A stretch of DNA of 64,000 nt from Octopus sinensis (GCF_006345805.1 NC_043000.1:60636001-60700000); one strand, 5' to 3'; positions 49,843-61,347 are shown, counted from the stretch's first letter. Made by a program: numbers and translations. Notes: generated from the letters alone by a model not told the origin.

Positions 49843-49911
<69 letters not shown>

Positions 49912-50004
49912 CTATAAAATTAGATTTAATCCTAAATCTAATTTTTCCCTGTAAGTTTGGATTTACTCCCTAATATTATATATATATATATAGATCATCA
50001 TCAT

Positions 50005-51110
50005 CATCAAACTTCCGTTTTCCATGCAGACATGGGTTGGACGGTTTGACTGGGGTCTGGGAAGCCAGGAGGCTGCATCAGGCTCCAGTCTGATCTGGAA
50101 GTGTTTCTACAGCTGGATGCCCTTCCCAACGCCAACCACTCTGAGAGTGTAGCGGGTGCTTTTTTATGTGTCACCAGCACAGGGGTTAGATGGGGCTGGC
50201 ATCAACCATGATTGAATGGTGCTATTTACGTGCCACTGGCATGGGAGCCAGTCAAGGCGGCACTGGCATCAGCCACATTTGGATGGTGCCACTGGCACAG
50301 CGACCATAACTACAATTTCCATTTGACTGTAATTTGATTTAATTTTCATTTTGATATACTTGACTCAATAGGTCTTCTCAAGCACGGCATGTCACCCTAC
50401 AATCTAAGGTACATTTTGAGTGGGCTGGTTATGCGACACCAGTGTAGGTTACAGCTGTGGATTCACTTTATTTACCGGGTCTTCTCAGTCACAGTATATC
50501 TCCAGAGGCCTCGATCTTTTGTCATTGCCTCTAAGGCCCAACATTCGAATTTCATGCTTTACCACCTCATCCCATGTCTACCTGGGTCTCCTTCTACCCC
50601 GGATTCCTTCCACTGTTTGGGAGTGGCACTTCACACAGCTCTCCTCATCCATCCATAGTACATGACCATACCAACACAAATGTCTCTCTTGCAAGCCACA
50701 TCCAATGCTTCTTATATCCAACATTTCTCTCAGGGCACTTACACTGTCGTGTGTGCACACTGACATTACACATCCAGTGGATCATGCTAGCTTCATTTCT
50801 TTTGAGCCTATGCATGTCTTCAGCAGTTATGGCCCATGTTTCACTGCCTTGAAGCATGGCAGTTTGCATACATGCATCGTACAATCTACCTTTCACACTG
50901 AGTGAGAGGCCCTTTGTCACCAGTAGGAGTAGGAGCTTTCTGAACTTTGCCCAGGCTATTCTTATTCTAGAGGTAACACTCTCTGAGCATCCACCCCCAC
51001 TATAGACTTGGTCACCTAGGTAGTGGAAGCTATCAACTACTTCTAGTTTCTTCCCCTGGCATGTGATGGAATCTGTTTTCTGAGCATCTATGGTGTTTAT
51101 CACCCCTGTG
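50005..51110 (-). mobile_element. 5'-truncated older RTE copy (PHD end, RT C-terminus, 3'UTR)
   Basis: CSNIKGRLT..FVCGRC..YLGDQV..GSETWA; homologous to 52534-53300; tail ends in (GAT)n. Confidence 0.9.
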
Positions 51111-51244
51111 CATCTGCCGCACACGAAATCTATCTTCCAGGTTAATCTTCCTTTGATGTTGCTGCATATATATATATATTGATAAAAACGGTAAGACAAC
51201 AAAAGAATGAAAGAGACCTCGATATTATGTAAATAGAGGAGTTT

Positions 51245-51485
51245 ATCTGTAAATGTAATATGTGACAATTATTCGGTAGCCATGATAATACTCCGAGTTT
51301 CAGATGCCAAGGTGGAAATCCACGCCGCCGTCTCTTCAATTATCCGGCCATCGGAAAAATGCTATGGAAAATGCTATGATGGCCGGATAAATGAAGAGAT
51401 GGCAGCGTGGATTTCCACCTCGGCATCCGAAACTCGGAGTATTATCATGGCTACCGAATAATTGTCACATATTACATTTACAGAT
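51245..51485. repeat. Palindrome with 108-bp arms (5 mismatches), each arm holding a hammerhead-like motif
   Basis: Arms 51245-51352 and 51378-51485; GATAA|(A/T)TGAAGA..GAAAC TCGGA GTA|TTATC; the loop has a duplicated GGAAAATGCTAT. Confidence 0.9.
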
Positions 51486-51929
51486 TTATATATATATATA
51501 TATATATACATATATACAGAGAGAGAGAGAGAAAGAAAGATAAAGCATGATTTATTTGTGATCAGAGGCATTCATAATCTGAGGTAGTACTGTATTAAAT
51601 GAATATGAGAAAGACAGGAGATAAAGTACGATTTATTCATGATCAGAGTTGTTTGTAAACTGAGGTTCTATTGTATATATGTGTGTGTGTGTGTTAAAGT
51701 AAAAATGAAAAAGCAAGCCATTTGGCATCACTTGAAAAAAAACATTTAATTTAGATAGAGAACATAGATATACATAGGCGAAGGAGTGGCTGTGTGGTAA
51801 GTAACTTGCTTACCAACCAAATGGTTCCAGGTTCAGTCCCACTGCATGGCACCTTGGGCAAGTGTCTTCTATTATGCCTTGTGAGTGGATTTGGTAGACA
51901 GAAACTGAAAGAAGCCAGTTGTATATATA

Positions 51930-54900
51930 TATCATCATCATCGTTTAGCATCCGTTTTCCATGCTAGCATGGGTTGGACGGTTCTACTGGGGTCTGTGAA
52001 GCCAGAAGGCTTCATCAGGCCCAGTCAAATCTGGCAGTGTTTCTACGGCTGGATGCCCTTCCTAACGCCAACCACTCCGTGAGTGTAGTGGGTGCTTTTT
52101 ACGTGCCACCCGCACTGGTGCCAGACAGAGCTGGCAAACGGCCACGAACGGATGGTGCTTTTTATGTGCCACCGGCACGAGGGCCAGGCGAGGCTGGCAA
52201 TGGACACGAAACGGGGCGGTGCTGGCAACGGTCGCAAAACGGAAAGTTCTCTTACATGCCACCGGCACTGGTAACACATCTGCAATTTCCATTGATCGAT
52301 TTCCATTGATCGATTTCGATTCTGATCGTCACTTGCCTCAACGGGTCTTCACAAGCAGAGTTTTGATATGCCACCGGCACTGGTAGCACATCCGCAATTT
52401 CCATTGATCGATTTCGATTCTGATCCTCACTTGCCTCATCACGTCTTCACAAGTAGAGTTTTGTGTCCCAAGAAGGGAAGGTATGCATACGTAGGCTGGC
52501 TCCATCCCATGTAGAAGGCCACGGGTTATGGACTCACTTGTCCTGCCGGGTCTTCTCGCGCACAGCACACTTCCAGAGGTCTCGGTCTCTAGTCATTTCC
52601 TCAGTGAGACCTAAAGTTCGAAGGTCGTGCTTCACCACCTCGTCCCAGGTTTTCCTGGGTCTGCCTCTTCCACAGGTTCCCTCAACCGCTAGGGTGTGGC
52701 ACTTTTTCACACAACTATCTTCATCCATTCTCGCCACATGACCATACCAGCGCAAACGTCTCTCTTGCACACCACAACTGATGCTTCTTAGGTCCAGCTT
52801 TTCTCTCAAGGTACTTACACTCTGCCGAGTGTGAGTACCGGCATTACACATCCATCGGAGCATACTGGCTTCATTTCTAGCGAGCTTACGCATATCCTCA
52901 GCAGTCACGGCCCATGTTTCACTGCCATGTAGCATGGCTGTTCGTACACACGCATCATACAGTCTGCCTTTCACTCTGTGCGAGAGGCCTTTTGTCACCA
53001 GTAGAGGTAAGAGCTCTCTGAACTTTGCCCAAGCTATTCTTACTCTAGCAGTTACACTTTCAGCACACCCGCCCCCGCTGCTGACTTGGTCACCTAGGTA
53101 ACGGAAACTATCAACTATTTCTAGTTTTTCTCCCTGGAAAGTGACGGAAGTTGGTCTCAGAGCATTTTCAGTGTTTATTGTTCCTGAGCATCTGCCACAT
53201 ACAAAAACCATCTTCCTAGTTAGCCTTCCTTTGACATTGCTGCATCTCTTATGTGTCCATAGCTTACACTTGGTGCATCTTATAGAGTTTCTACCTACAC
53301 CTTTTCTACAGATCGAGCAGGGCCATCTACCTGAAGGTGTTTGTGATTTGTCTACCTTCCTACTGATTACGACTTTGGTTTTAGCTAGATTGACTCTGAG
53401 GCCCTTCGATTCTAATCCTTGTTTCCACACCTGAAACTTCTCCTCCAGTTCTGATAGCGACTCAGCAATTAGAGCAAGGTCATCAGCATAGAGGAGCTCC
53501 CAAGGGCATCCTGTCTTGAATTCCTCCGTTATTGCCTGGAGGACTATGATAAATAGGAGGGGGCTGAGTACTGAGCCTTGGTGGACTCCTACCTCTACCC
53601 GGAATTCTTCACTGTACACATTTCCAACCCTCACCCTACTAGCGGCGTCCCTGTACATGGCCCGCACAGCTCTCACTAACCATTCATCTATCCCTAGTTT
53701 CCTCATTGCCCACCAGATAAGGGATCGGGGGACCCTGTCGAAGGCTTTCTCCATGTCAACAAAAGCCAGGTACAGGGGCTTATCTTTGGCTAGGTATTTC
53801 TCCTGCAGCTGCCTTACCAGGAATATAGCATCAGTAGTACTTTTCCCTGGCACAAACCCAAACTGCATCTCATCTAAACTAACTCTCTCTCTAATTAGTT
53901 GGGCTATGACCCTCTCCATAACCTTCATCACCTGGTCCAACAGCTTGATACCTCTGTAGTTATTTGTATCTAGGGCATCACCTTTACCTTTGTAGCAGTT
54001 GACTATTATACTGCTACACCAGTCATTGGGTATGACCCCTTTGTGTATCACCTGATTAACTATACGGGTGACTAGGCTATAGCCGACACTACCAGACATT
54101 TTGAGCATCTCTGCAGTGATTCCTGATGGGCCTGGGGCTTTCCCTGTCTTCATGCTTCTAATTGCCTTAGCTACCACGGAACTATCAACTCGGATAGCTG
54201 GTCCCTCTGTTGGGTCAACATTCGGCAGACTCTCTTTATCCCATTCATTTTCTTCATTCAGCAACCTTTCATAGTGGCATCTCCAAACCTCTCTCTTTGC
54301 ATCCTCATTTAGCGCAAGTGAACCATCTTCCATGCGAACACACTTCTCTCCTACCACATCACGATTCTCTCTCACACACTGTCTTGCAACACGAAACACC
54401 TCCAGTCTTTGGTCCTCACGGCGCAGAACATTGGCAAATTTTTTCTTATCTGCTTCCCCTCTGGCTAAATAAACCTGTCTCCTAGCTTCTCTTTTGGCAG
54501 TCTGATACAATCCCCTGCTACCCCCATTTTTCCAGACCTTCCAAGCCTGTCTCTTTTCTCTAATAGCCCTGTCTACAATATTGTTCCACCACCACGTTAT
54601 TCTAGGTCGAGAGGGGACTTTGCACCAGCCACAGATCTGGTCAGTGGCTCTCAGCAGGTTGTCCCTTAGAAACGTCCAGCTGTCTTCTACCCCCTGTGAT
54701 GCTCTATCCCCTTCTACTTCGTCAGAGGCTTCAAGTAATATGTCCCTAAATCTCTGTCCATTTGCAGGATCTTTAAGCTTCCAGATCCTTCTTCTCCATA
54801 TTTGTCGTCTTCTGGTTGTCCTCCTAGTCCTGATCCTAAAGTCACTAACTACCAGTCTATGTTGTGGGGTACATTCTTCACCTGGGAAGGTTTTGGCATT

Positions 54901-55850
54901 TATAAGCAGCCATCTCTCCCTTTGCCTTGTAAGGATGTAGTCAATTTGGCTGGTATGTTGGCCCGATTGGTAAGTGACTAGGTGGCTGGTAGGTTTCCTG
55001 AAGTTAGTGTTGCAAATCATAAGATTATTTGCATCGCAGAACTCCAGCAGCCTGGTTCCCTCCTCGTTGCGGGAGCCATAGCCATAGCCTCCATGTACGC
55101 CATGGAAGCCCCCAGCATGTCGTCCAACGTGACCATTGAAGTCACCAGCCACAAAGATAAGGTCTCTGTCGTTCGTCAACAAGGTAGTCTGCAGTAGAGT
55201 GTCATAGAATCGGTCTTTCTGTCCATCGGGTAGCCCCGACTGAGGAGCATAGGCTGATATAATGGTTGCTAAACTATGATGAAGCACTAATCTAATCTTA
55301 AGTATTCTGTCACATACTCTGATTACCTCAATTACTTTATCTACCCATTTCTCAGCGATAAGTATACCCACGCCACCAACCCTGTCAGTGTTCCCTGCCC
55401 AGAAAATCTTGTACCTGCGTTCCTTGCCTGTGAGGAACCTAGCTGATCCTCCTCTCCACCTTATTTCTTGCATGCAACATATATCCACACATCTCCGTTC
55501 AAGCATCTCGACTATCTCACCAGACCTACCTTTCAGAGTGCCAACCCTGAGGGTGTGGGAGGCATGGGCTCTAGAGACCCTGGGACGGTGGACAGTAGCT
55601 TCGTGTACCTGAAAAGAAAGCTCGCATTTGGCAGAATTCATGTGCAAGAAATGAAGTAGTAAAGTAGCCTTCAGTACAACCTGCATAACGCTAGCCTTTC
55701 ATATTTTGCACTGTATGAACATTACCTTACATAGGTCGAGACTAGGGGTAGGGAGGGGTAGGGATGGTGAGAACATTTGCAGTCTTCATGGGAAGCAACC
55801 CCGGAATGGCAGAGAATAGGAACTTCCGGCATGCGTGGTGGGGGCGGGTG
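51930..55850 (-). mobile_element. Near full-length RTE-clade LINE (5'UTR, single ORF, structured 3'UTR, (GAT)n tail)
   Basis: Intact ORF plus a 3'UTR shared with many truncated copies in the window; the 5' end is near 55850. Confidence 0.95.
52534..55686 (-). CDS. RTE LINE ORF: APE endonuclease, reverse transcriptase, embedded PHD finger (1050 aa)
   Basis: CMQE, SAYAPQ, GDFNGHVG, IDYIL; KAPGP, NYRGIKL, FVDMEKAFDRV, GVHQGSVLSP, LLYADDL; C4HC3 finger CSIC..CTKC..HKRC..CGRC; no stops. Confidence 0.95.
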   Translation of the reverse strand: MQVVLKATLLLHFLHMNSAKCELSFQVHEATVHRPRVSRAHASHTLRVGTLKGRSGEIVEMLERRCVDICCMQEIRWRGGSARFLTGKERRYKIFWAGNTDRVGGVGILIAEKWVDKVIEVIRVCDRILKIRLVLHHSLATIISAYAPQSGLPDGQKDRFYDTLLQTTLLTNDRDLIFVAGDFNGHVGRHAGGFHGVHGGYGYGSRNEEGTRLLEFCDANNLMICNTNFRKPTSHLVTYQSGQHTSQIDYILTRQRERWLLINAKTFPGEECTPQHRLVVSDFRIRTRRTTRRRQIWRRRIWKLKDPANGQRFRDILLEASDEVEGDRASQGVEDSWTFLRDNLLRATDQICGWCKVPSRPRITWWWNNIVDRAIREKRQAWKVWKNGGSRGLYQTAKREARRQVYLARGEADKKKFANVLRREDQRLEVFRVARQCVRENRDVVGEKCVRMEDGSLALNEDAKREVWRCHYERLLNEENEWDKESLPNVDPTEGPAIRVDSSVVAKAIRSMKTGKAPGPSGITAEMLKMSGSVGYSLVTRIVNQVIHKGVIPNDWCSSIIVNCYKGKGDALDTNNYRGIKLLDQVMKVMERVIAQLIRERVSLDEMQFGFVPGKSTTDAIFLVRQLQEKYLAKDKPLYLAFVDMEKAFDRVPRSLIWWAMRKLGIDEWLVRAVRAMYRDAASRVRVGNVYSEEFRVEVGVHQGSVLSPLLFIIVLQAITEEFKTGCPWELLYADDLALIAESLSELEEKFQVWKQGLESKGLRVNLAKTKVVISRKVDKSQTPSGRWPCSICRKGVGRNSIRCTKCKLWTHKRCSNVKGRLTRKMVFVCGRCSGTINTENALRPTSVTFQGEKLEIVDSFRYLGDQVSSGGGCAESVTARVRIAWAKFRELLPLLVTKGLSHRVKGRLYDACVRTAMLHGSETWAVTAEDMRKLARNEASMLRWMCNAGTHTRQSVSTLREKLDLRSISCGVQERRLRWYGHVARMDEDSCVKKCHTLAVEGTCGRGRPRKTWDEVVKHDLRTLGLTEEMTRDRDLWKCAVREKTRQDK

Positions 55851-57154
55851 CACCGTGTCTGAGTAAAGAGGTTCTGTTAATCGTATGAGCTAGCAAATGG
55901 GTTTGTATGAATCGGGAGACAACACTAAACGAAAAATTGAAAAATCAGAGTGGCTATGAACCTGTAGACAAGTCTAAACGAAAAAAAAAAATGTTTGAGC
56001 TAGACAGGGTAATGAGGGAATACTGAAAGAATGAGGAACAATACAATGAGATGGAAATTGAAGAATAGAGAAAGAATAAGAATAAGTGCAAGAAAGAAGG
56101 TAGTCGTAGCGAGGTTGGACGATTCACTTAACTTTTAGCCATTCATGATCTGTGCGTATTCTTTAGATATTTTTAAGCGAGTGGGGTTAACGATAAATGC
56201 GATCGCTCTTTTATATATGGCGATGATGGTTTTGGGAAGGGGGGGGGCATAGAGAACCATGGCGATGATGGTTATGGGAAGGGGGGACACAGAGAGAGAG
56301 AGATAGGGTTAGTTAGAGAGAGAGGTCAAGGGACACGTGACAATAAGCGGTGTGAGGGAATTTGACTGGGGACGGCATTGTCGATAAATAAACATTAGAT
56401 AAATAGGTTTGAAAATCAGAAAAATCAGAGGGAATATCATTATTGATAGCTAATATAACACCGTGTCTGAGTAAAGAGGTTCTGTTAATCGTATGAGCTA
56501 GCAAATGGGTTTGTATGAATCGGGAGACAACACTAAACGAAAAATTGAAAAATCAGAGTGGCTATGAACCTGTAGACAAGTCTAAACGAAAAAAAAAATG
56601 TTTGAGCTAGACAGGGTAATGAGGGAATACTGAAAGAATGAGGAACAATACAATGAGATGGAAATTGAAGAATAGAGAAAGAATAAGAATAAGTGCAAGA
56701 AAGAAGGTAGTCGTAGCGAGGTTGGACGATTCACTTAACTTTTAGCCATTCATGATCTGTGCGTATTCTTTAGATATTTTTAAGCGAGTGGGGTTAACGA
56801 TAAATGCGATCACTCTTTTATATATGGCGATGATGGTTTTGGGAAGGGCGGGGGGCATAGAGAACCATGGCGATGATGGTTATGGGAAGGGGGGACATAG
56901 AGAGAGAGAGATAGGGTTAGTTAGAGAGAGAGGTCAAGGGACACGTGACAATAAGCGGTGTGAGGGAATTTGACTGGGGACGGCATTGTCGATAAATAAA
57001 CATTAGATAAATAGGTTTGAAAATCAGAAAAATCAGAGGGAATATCATTATTGATAGCTAATATAACACCGTGTCTGAGTAAAGAGGTTCTGTTAATCGT
57101 ATGAGCTAGTTAATGGGTTTGTATGAATCGGGAGACAACACTAAACGAAAAATT
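55851..57154. repeat. 608-bp tandem duplication (2 units plus 88 bp) abutting the RTE 5' end
   Basis: CACCGTGTCTGAGTAAAGAGG starts at 55851, 56459 and 57067; units are near-identical. Confidence 0.95.
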
Positions 57155-57811
57155 ATATATATATATATATATAATATATATATATATTATATATATTATG
57201 TGTGTGTGTGTGTATGTTTGTGTGTCTGTGTTTGTCCCCTCCAACATAGCTTGACAACCGATGCTGGTGTGTTTACATCCCTGTCACTTAGTGGTTCGGC
57301 AAAAGAGACCGATAGACTAAGTACTAGGCTTACAAAGAATAAGTCCTGGAGTCAATTTGCTCGACTAAAGGTGGTGCTCCAGCATGGCCACAGTCAAATG
57401 ACAGAAACAAGTAAAAGAGTATATGCCTCATGGAGGCAAGGTGGCTGAGTTCCTTTTGAGTGTTGGGCCTGACAGAGGCAAATGACTGAGACCTTTGGCA
57501 TTATGTTGTGCTTGAGAAGAAGACCCATCACGCCAAGCAAAATAACAGTTGTGGCAGATACCAGTGTCATGCAATTGGCACCCATAAGAGTGGCATGTAA
57601 GAACACCCAGTGTCATGCAAATGGCTCCCATGCCAGTGGTATGTAAAAGCACCCATCACACTCTCAGAGTGGTTGGCGTTAGGAAGGGATCTAGCTGTAG
57701 AAAACCATGCCAAATCAGACTGGAGTCTGTCCAACCCATGCCAGCATAGACAATGGATGTTAAATGATGTTGATGATGATGATGTGAATCTCTTAGAGCT
57801 GTTTTTTAGAA

Positions 57812-58121
57812 TAGTAGTTCCCAAGCTTTTTGGGGCTGCTGTTACCTTGACACTCAGGCCACATTCCCAGTGCACCCACCCCAACTAACCATCACAAGCA
57901 TAGACCTCTTTCTGAAGCAAATTCAAAGCAACTCTATTTCACAAATAAAACTTAACCGAATGAACCCATTATTTTGTTGTTTTTACATAAATCGCCACCC
58001 CATTATTGCCCCACTTTTTACATGAACTGTTACCCCATTATCACCCCACTTTTCTTCAACCCTCCCTTGGAACTTTCTACTGCCCCCAGGGCAGTAAGAC
58101 CACCCACTTTGGGAACTACTG
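57812..58121. mobile_element. hAT-like MITE, 310 bp, 8-bp TSD
   Basis: Ends TAGTAGTTCCCAA / TTGGGAACTACTG; TSD TTTTAGAA at 57804-57811 and 58122-58129. Confidence 0.88.
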
Positions 58122-59194
58122 TTTTAGAATAACCAAGCATATGAATAATCATACTGAGTGAGGGTTCCAGAGGCTGAGTATCCATCATCAGAGGGGGAGA
58201 AGTCAGAGATGTAAAAGCAAAAGAATATCCCCAGTCAAGGATATTAGTGTATTCCAGTTTTGTCAAGAATGGGGAAAGGATCAGAGTAAAATAGGAATGT
58301 GTTAAGTAGATCCATGATCAAATGAAAAGTACAGCTATAATATGTCCATTAGCAGTTTCAAATGAGAATGTTTGATGATAATCTGTTGTGTGGATGCCCC
58401 CAGACGATGAAGTAGACTAGCCCAATACGTAGATATAGAGGGAGAATTCTAGACGTCGGGAGAACAGTTGAATAGAAGAGAAGACTAGAACAGAGTTGAG
58501 TAGTAGGAGCAGAGTTGAGTAGTAGAGGCATCCAAATGTGCAACATAACATAATCCATGGTGAGGAACAGCGGAAGTTACCTGTTCCAATTTTGGAAAAA
58601 TTGGAATGTTTGTAATAATATTGGTTTCCCAAGGTGGGTCAAACCATACTATATTATCATTGCATAATTCCTATCAGCTTTTGGGTTTGTGGTATCTAAA
58701 TTTGGGCTTGTGGTATCTAAATCAAAATCAAAATCAAAATCATTCAACATCAATGGAAATTGTAGCTGTGATACCAGTGCCGGTGGCATGTAAGAGGACC
58801 ATCCGAATGTGGCCGTTGCCAGCGCCGCCCCGACTGGCCTCCGAGCCGGTGGCACGTAAAAAGCACCATCCGATTGTGGCCGTTGCCAGCCCCGTCTGGT
58901 ACCTGTGCAGGTGGCACGTAAAAAGCACCCACTACACTCACAGAGTGGTTGGCGTTAGGAAGGGCATCCAGCTGTAGAAACACTGCCAGATCAGACTGGG
59001 CCTGGTGCAGCCTTCTGGCTTCCCAGACCCCAGTTGAACCGTCCAACCCATGCTAGCATGGAAAACGGACATTAAACGATGATGATGATGATGAAATTTG
59101 CATGCTCTTATGGCATGATAAAGATGACCTGTATTGTTATTTATACTGATATTGTTGCTAATTGTGCTTTGACTGCTATCATTAGGAATTATTT

Positions 59195-59575
59195 ATAGGT
59201 GCAGCTGTGGCTGTGTGGTAAGAAGCTTGCTTCCCAACTACATGGTTCAGAGTTCAGTCCTACTGTGTGGCACCTTGGGCGAGTTTACTATAGCCATGGG
59301 ATGACCAAAGCCTTGTGAGTGGATTTGGTAGAAAGAAACTGAAACTGTATATGTATGTGTGTATTTGTATGTCTGTGTTTGTTCCCCCACCATCGCTTGA
59401 AAACTGATGCTGGTATGTTTATGCTTCCATGGCTTAGTCATTCAGCAAAGAGACTGATAGAATAAGTACTAGGCTTACACAGAATAACTCCTGGAGTCGA
59501 ATTGTTCAACTAAAGGTGTTGTTCCAGCATGGCTGCAGTCATATGACTAAAACAAGTAAAAGAATAAAAGAATGA
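59195..59575 (+). mobile_element. tRNA-derived SINE, third family (GTGGCTGTGTGGTAAG head)
   Basis: Head plus GGCACCTTGGGC..GTGAGTGGATTTGGTAG body and TGTGTCTGTGTTTGTCCCC tail. Related pieces at 8650-9060, 47700-47870, 49490-49640, 51775-51925, 57200-57420 and 62470-62590. Confidence 0.8.
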
Positions 59576-60320
59576 ATAACAGTGTTGGCAAATTTATTGC
59601 TACAATCATTCTGGTAGTCTTTAATACAAAATTAAAATTACACCTAAATCCACTTCAAATAATATCAACTCTGATGCCTGTAAAATAGTTGTAAACTAAA
59701 ATTAGAAGATTGCACAGAACCCTTTAGAGCTAAGGAGCCTAAGCTCAATTTAAAAACCATAAAGACAACTTATTTACCCCACCAAGTCAAACACTGGATG
59801 CTTAAACAAAGCTTTCTTGGGCAAAACTTTCTTGAACTAATCATGCTGACTGGTTAAAATACTGTTTGTAAGATTCTGTCTGCTGATGCCTATTGGAAGG
59901 TATTTAAAGGACAAAATCAATAATCTCATTACAGTTCTCAACTGTGAAAAAAAAGCTGTCAGTTAATACTGCTACTACATAAACCTGAAGATTGTGAAAA
60001 GCATTAAAATACTTGTATTACTATCATATGTAATATTGATTAGTTAAAAAATTCAAGAAATAACCATAAAAGCCAGACTGTGTTGGAATTTTATTTGCCA
60101 GTATAGTTATCTGTACATACAGATATATATTAATGGATCAAACTTATACACAGTACAAACGACAGAGAAAATTAAAGGTGTAGAGGTAAGGTGTTAGCTG
60201 TTTCTGGTGGCTCAGAGATCCATCATAATGTCAGTAGATGTAGTTCACCAAAATATGCAGCCAGTAATGGAAGCAAATAAACATTGGATTAGTTGAGACT
60301 CCATCATCAGGGTAGAAAAA

Positions 60321-60390
60321 AATCTTATATTTCAGATCATGATGCAGAAAAGTTTAAACTTCTCTGCATCATGATCTGAAATGTAAGATT
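60321..60390. repeat. 70-bp loopless palindrome (2 mismatches) beside a hammerhead-like remnant
   Basis: AATCTTATATTTCAGATCATGATGCAGAAAAGTTT/AAACTTCTCTGCATCATGATCTGAAATGTAAGATT; minus strand 60190-60313 has CTGATGA TGG..CCA GAAAC AGCT. Confidence 0.88.
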
Positions 60391-60427
60391 TTCAGCTGGT
60401 CATTTGTACACTGTAAGTTTGATCTAT

Positions 60428-61347
60428 TAGCTGTGTGAATTATGGCATTATCATTCTGAAAGATTGTTTCCCTCCAGAAACAGTTGTGCAACCATAGGAT
60501 GAATTTGATCAGATAAAATGCTTAAATATTCTTGACTATTAATTCTGCCATGAAGGGAAACCATTGGGCTGGCGGATTTCCAAGATTAGCCCCCACCAGG
60601 TCATTACAGATCCTCCTCGATGTTTAACAGTTGAAAAAAGGCAGTCTGGGTCAGATACTTCTTTTGGCTCTCTCCACACGTATACTTGGCCGGTGGTCAG
60701 AAGTAGGGTAAAGGATGACTTGTCTGAGAAAATAACATTATAGGGACCAATTCTGTAGTTTTTTACTCCACTCTAAACGCTTTGCAACCTTTGTTTTTGA
60801 AAGTAGTGGTTTTCTAATTGCAGCCCTCCTATGAAATCTGGCTTTGTGCAGCGCCCAGTGAACAGTTTTTATGGAAACTGGGTTCTCAAGGTGATCATTA
60901 AGCTCTGCAGTAATTTTGAGAGCTGTACTTTTGTGATCCTTTCTAACAATTCACATAAGAATTTGATGGTCCCTATCTGAAAGATTTGGTTTTCTTCTGG
61001 AGTTTTGTTTTGACAAGGAAGTTTTTCCCTCTTTCTCAAAGGCTGTCATTACTTTCAAGACAGTACTTCTTGATACACCAAACATTTTGGGTGTTTTCAT
61101 TCTGCTAGCGCCTGCCATGTAAGCACCAACAATTTGACCTCTTTGAAAGTCTGATAGATCTGTCATTTTGATGAATTTTAATTACCTTTGTCTGATGATT
61201 TCTGAAAAGAAACAGTAATTTTAGCAAAACATATTAAGCAACATTAATAATAAATAAAAAAACATAAAAATAAACAAGCTTTTAACGGTTTTATAGATAT
61301 TTCAAAATTATGATGCTAGGTATTTCCATTATTTTGTCCAACTCATG
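60428..61347 (-). mobile_element. Tc1-like transposon, same family as 45899, right end missing
   Basis: TIR CATGAGTTGGACAAAATAATGGAAATACC; MTDLSDFQRGQIVGA..; breaks after IFQNDNAIIHTA. Confidence 0.9.

Noticed and set aside
55760-55850. HDV-like ribozyme at the RTE 5' end (CCGGAA/TTCCGG pairing)
   Set aside because: Could not assign P2, P3 or P1.1 in the nested pseudoknot order; an RNArobo HDV descriptor search would be decisive.
58290-58640. Possible Jockey/I-type LINE C-terminal relic on the minus strand
   Set aside because: Only faint resemblance (MDY..HIW, YLRI..VWG); too degenerate to call.
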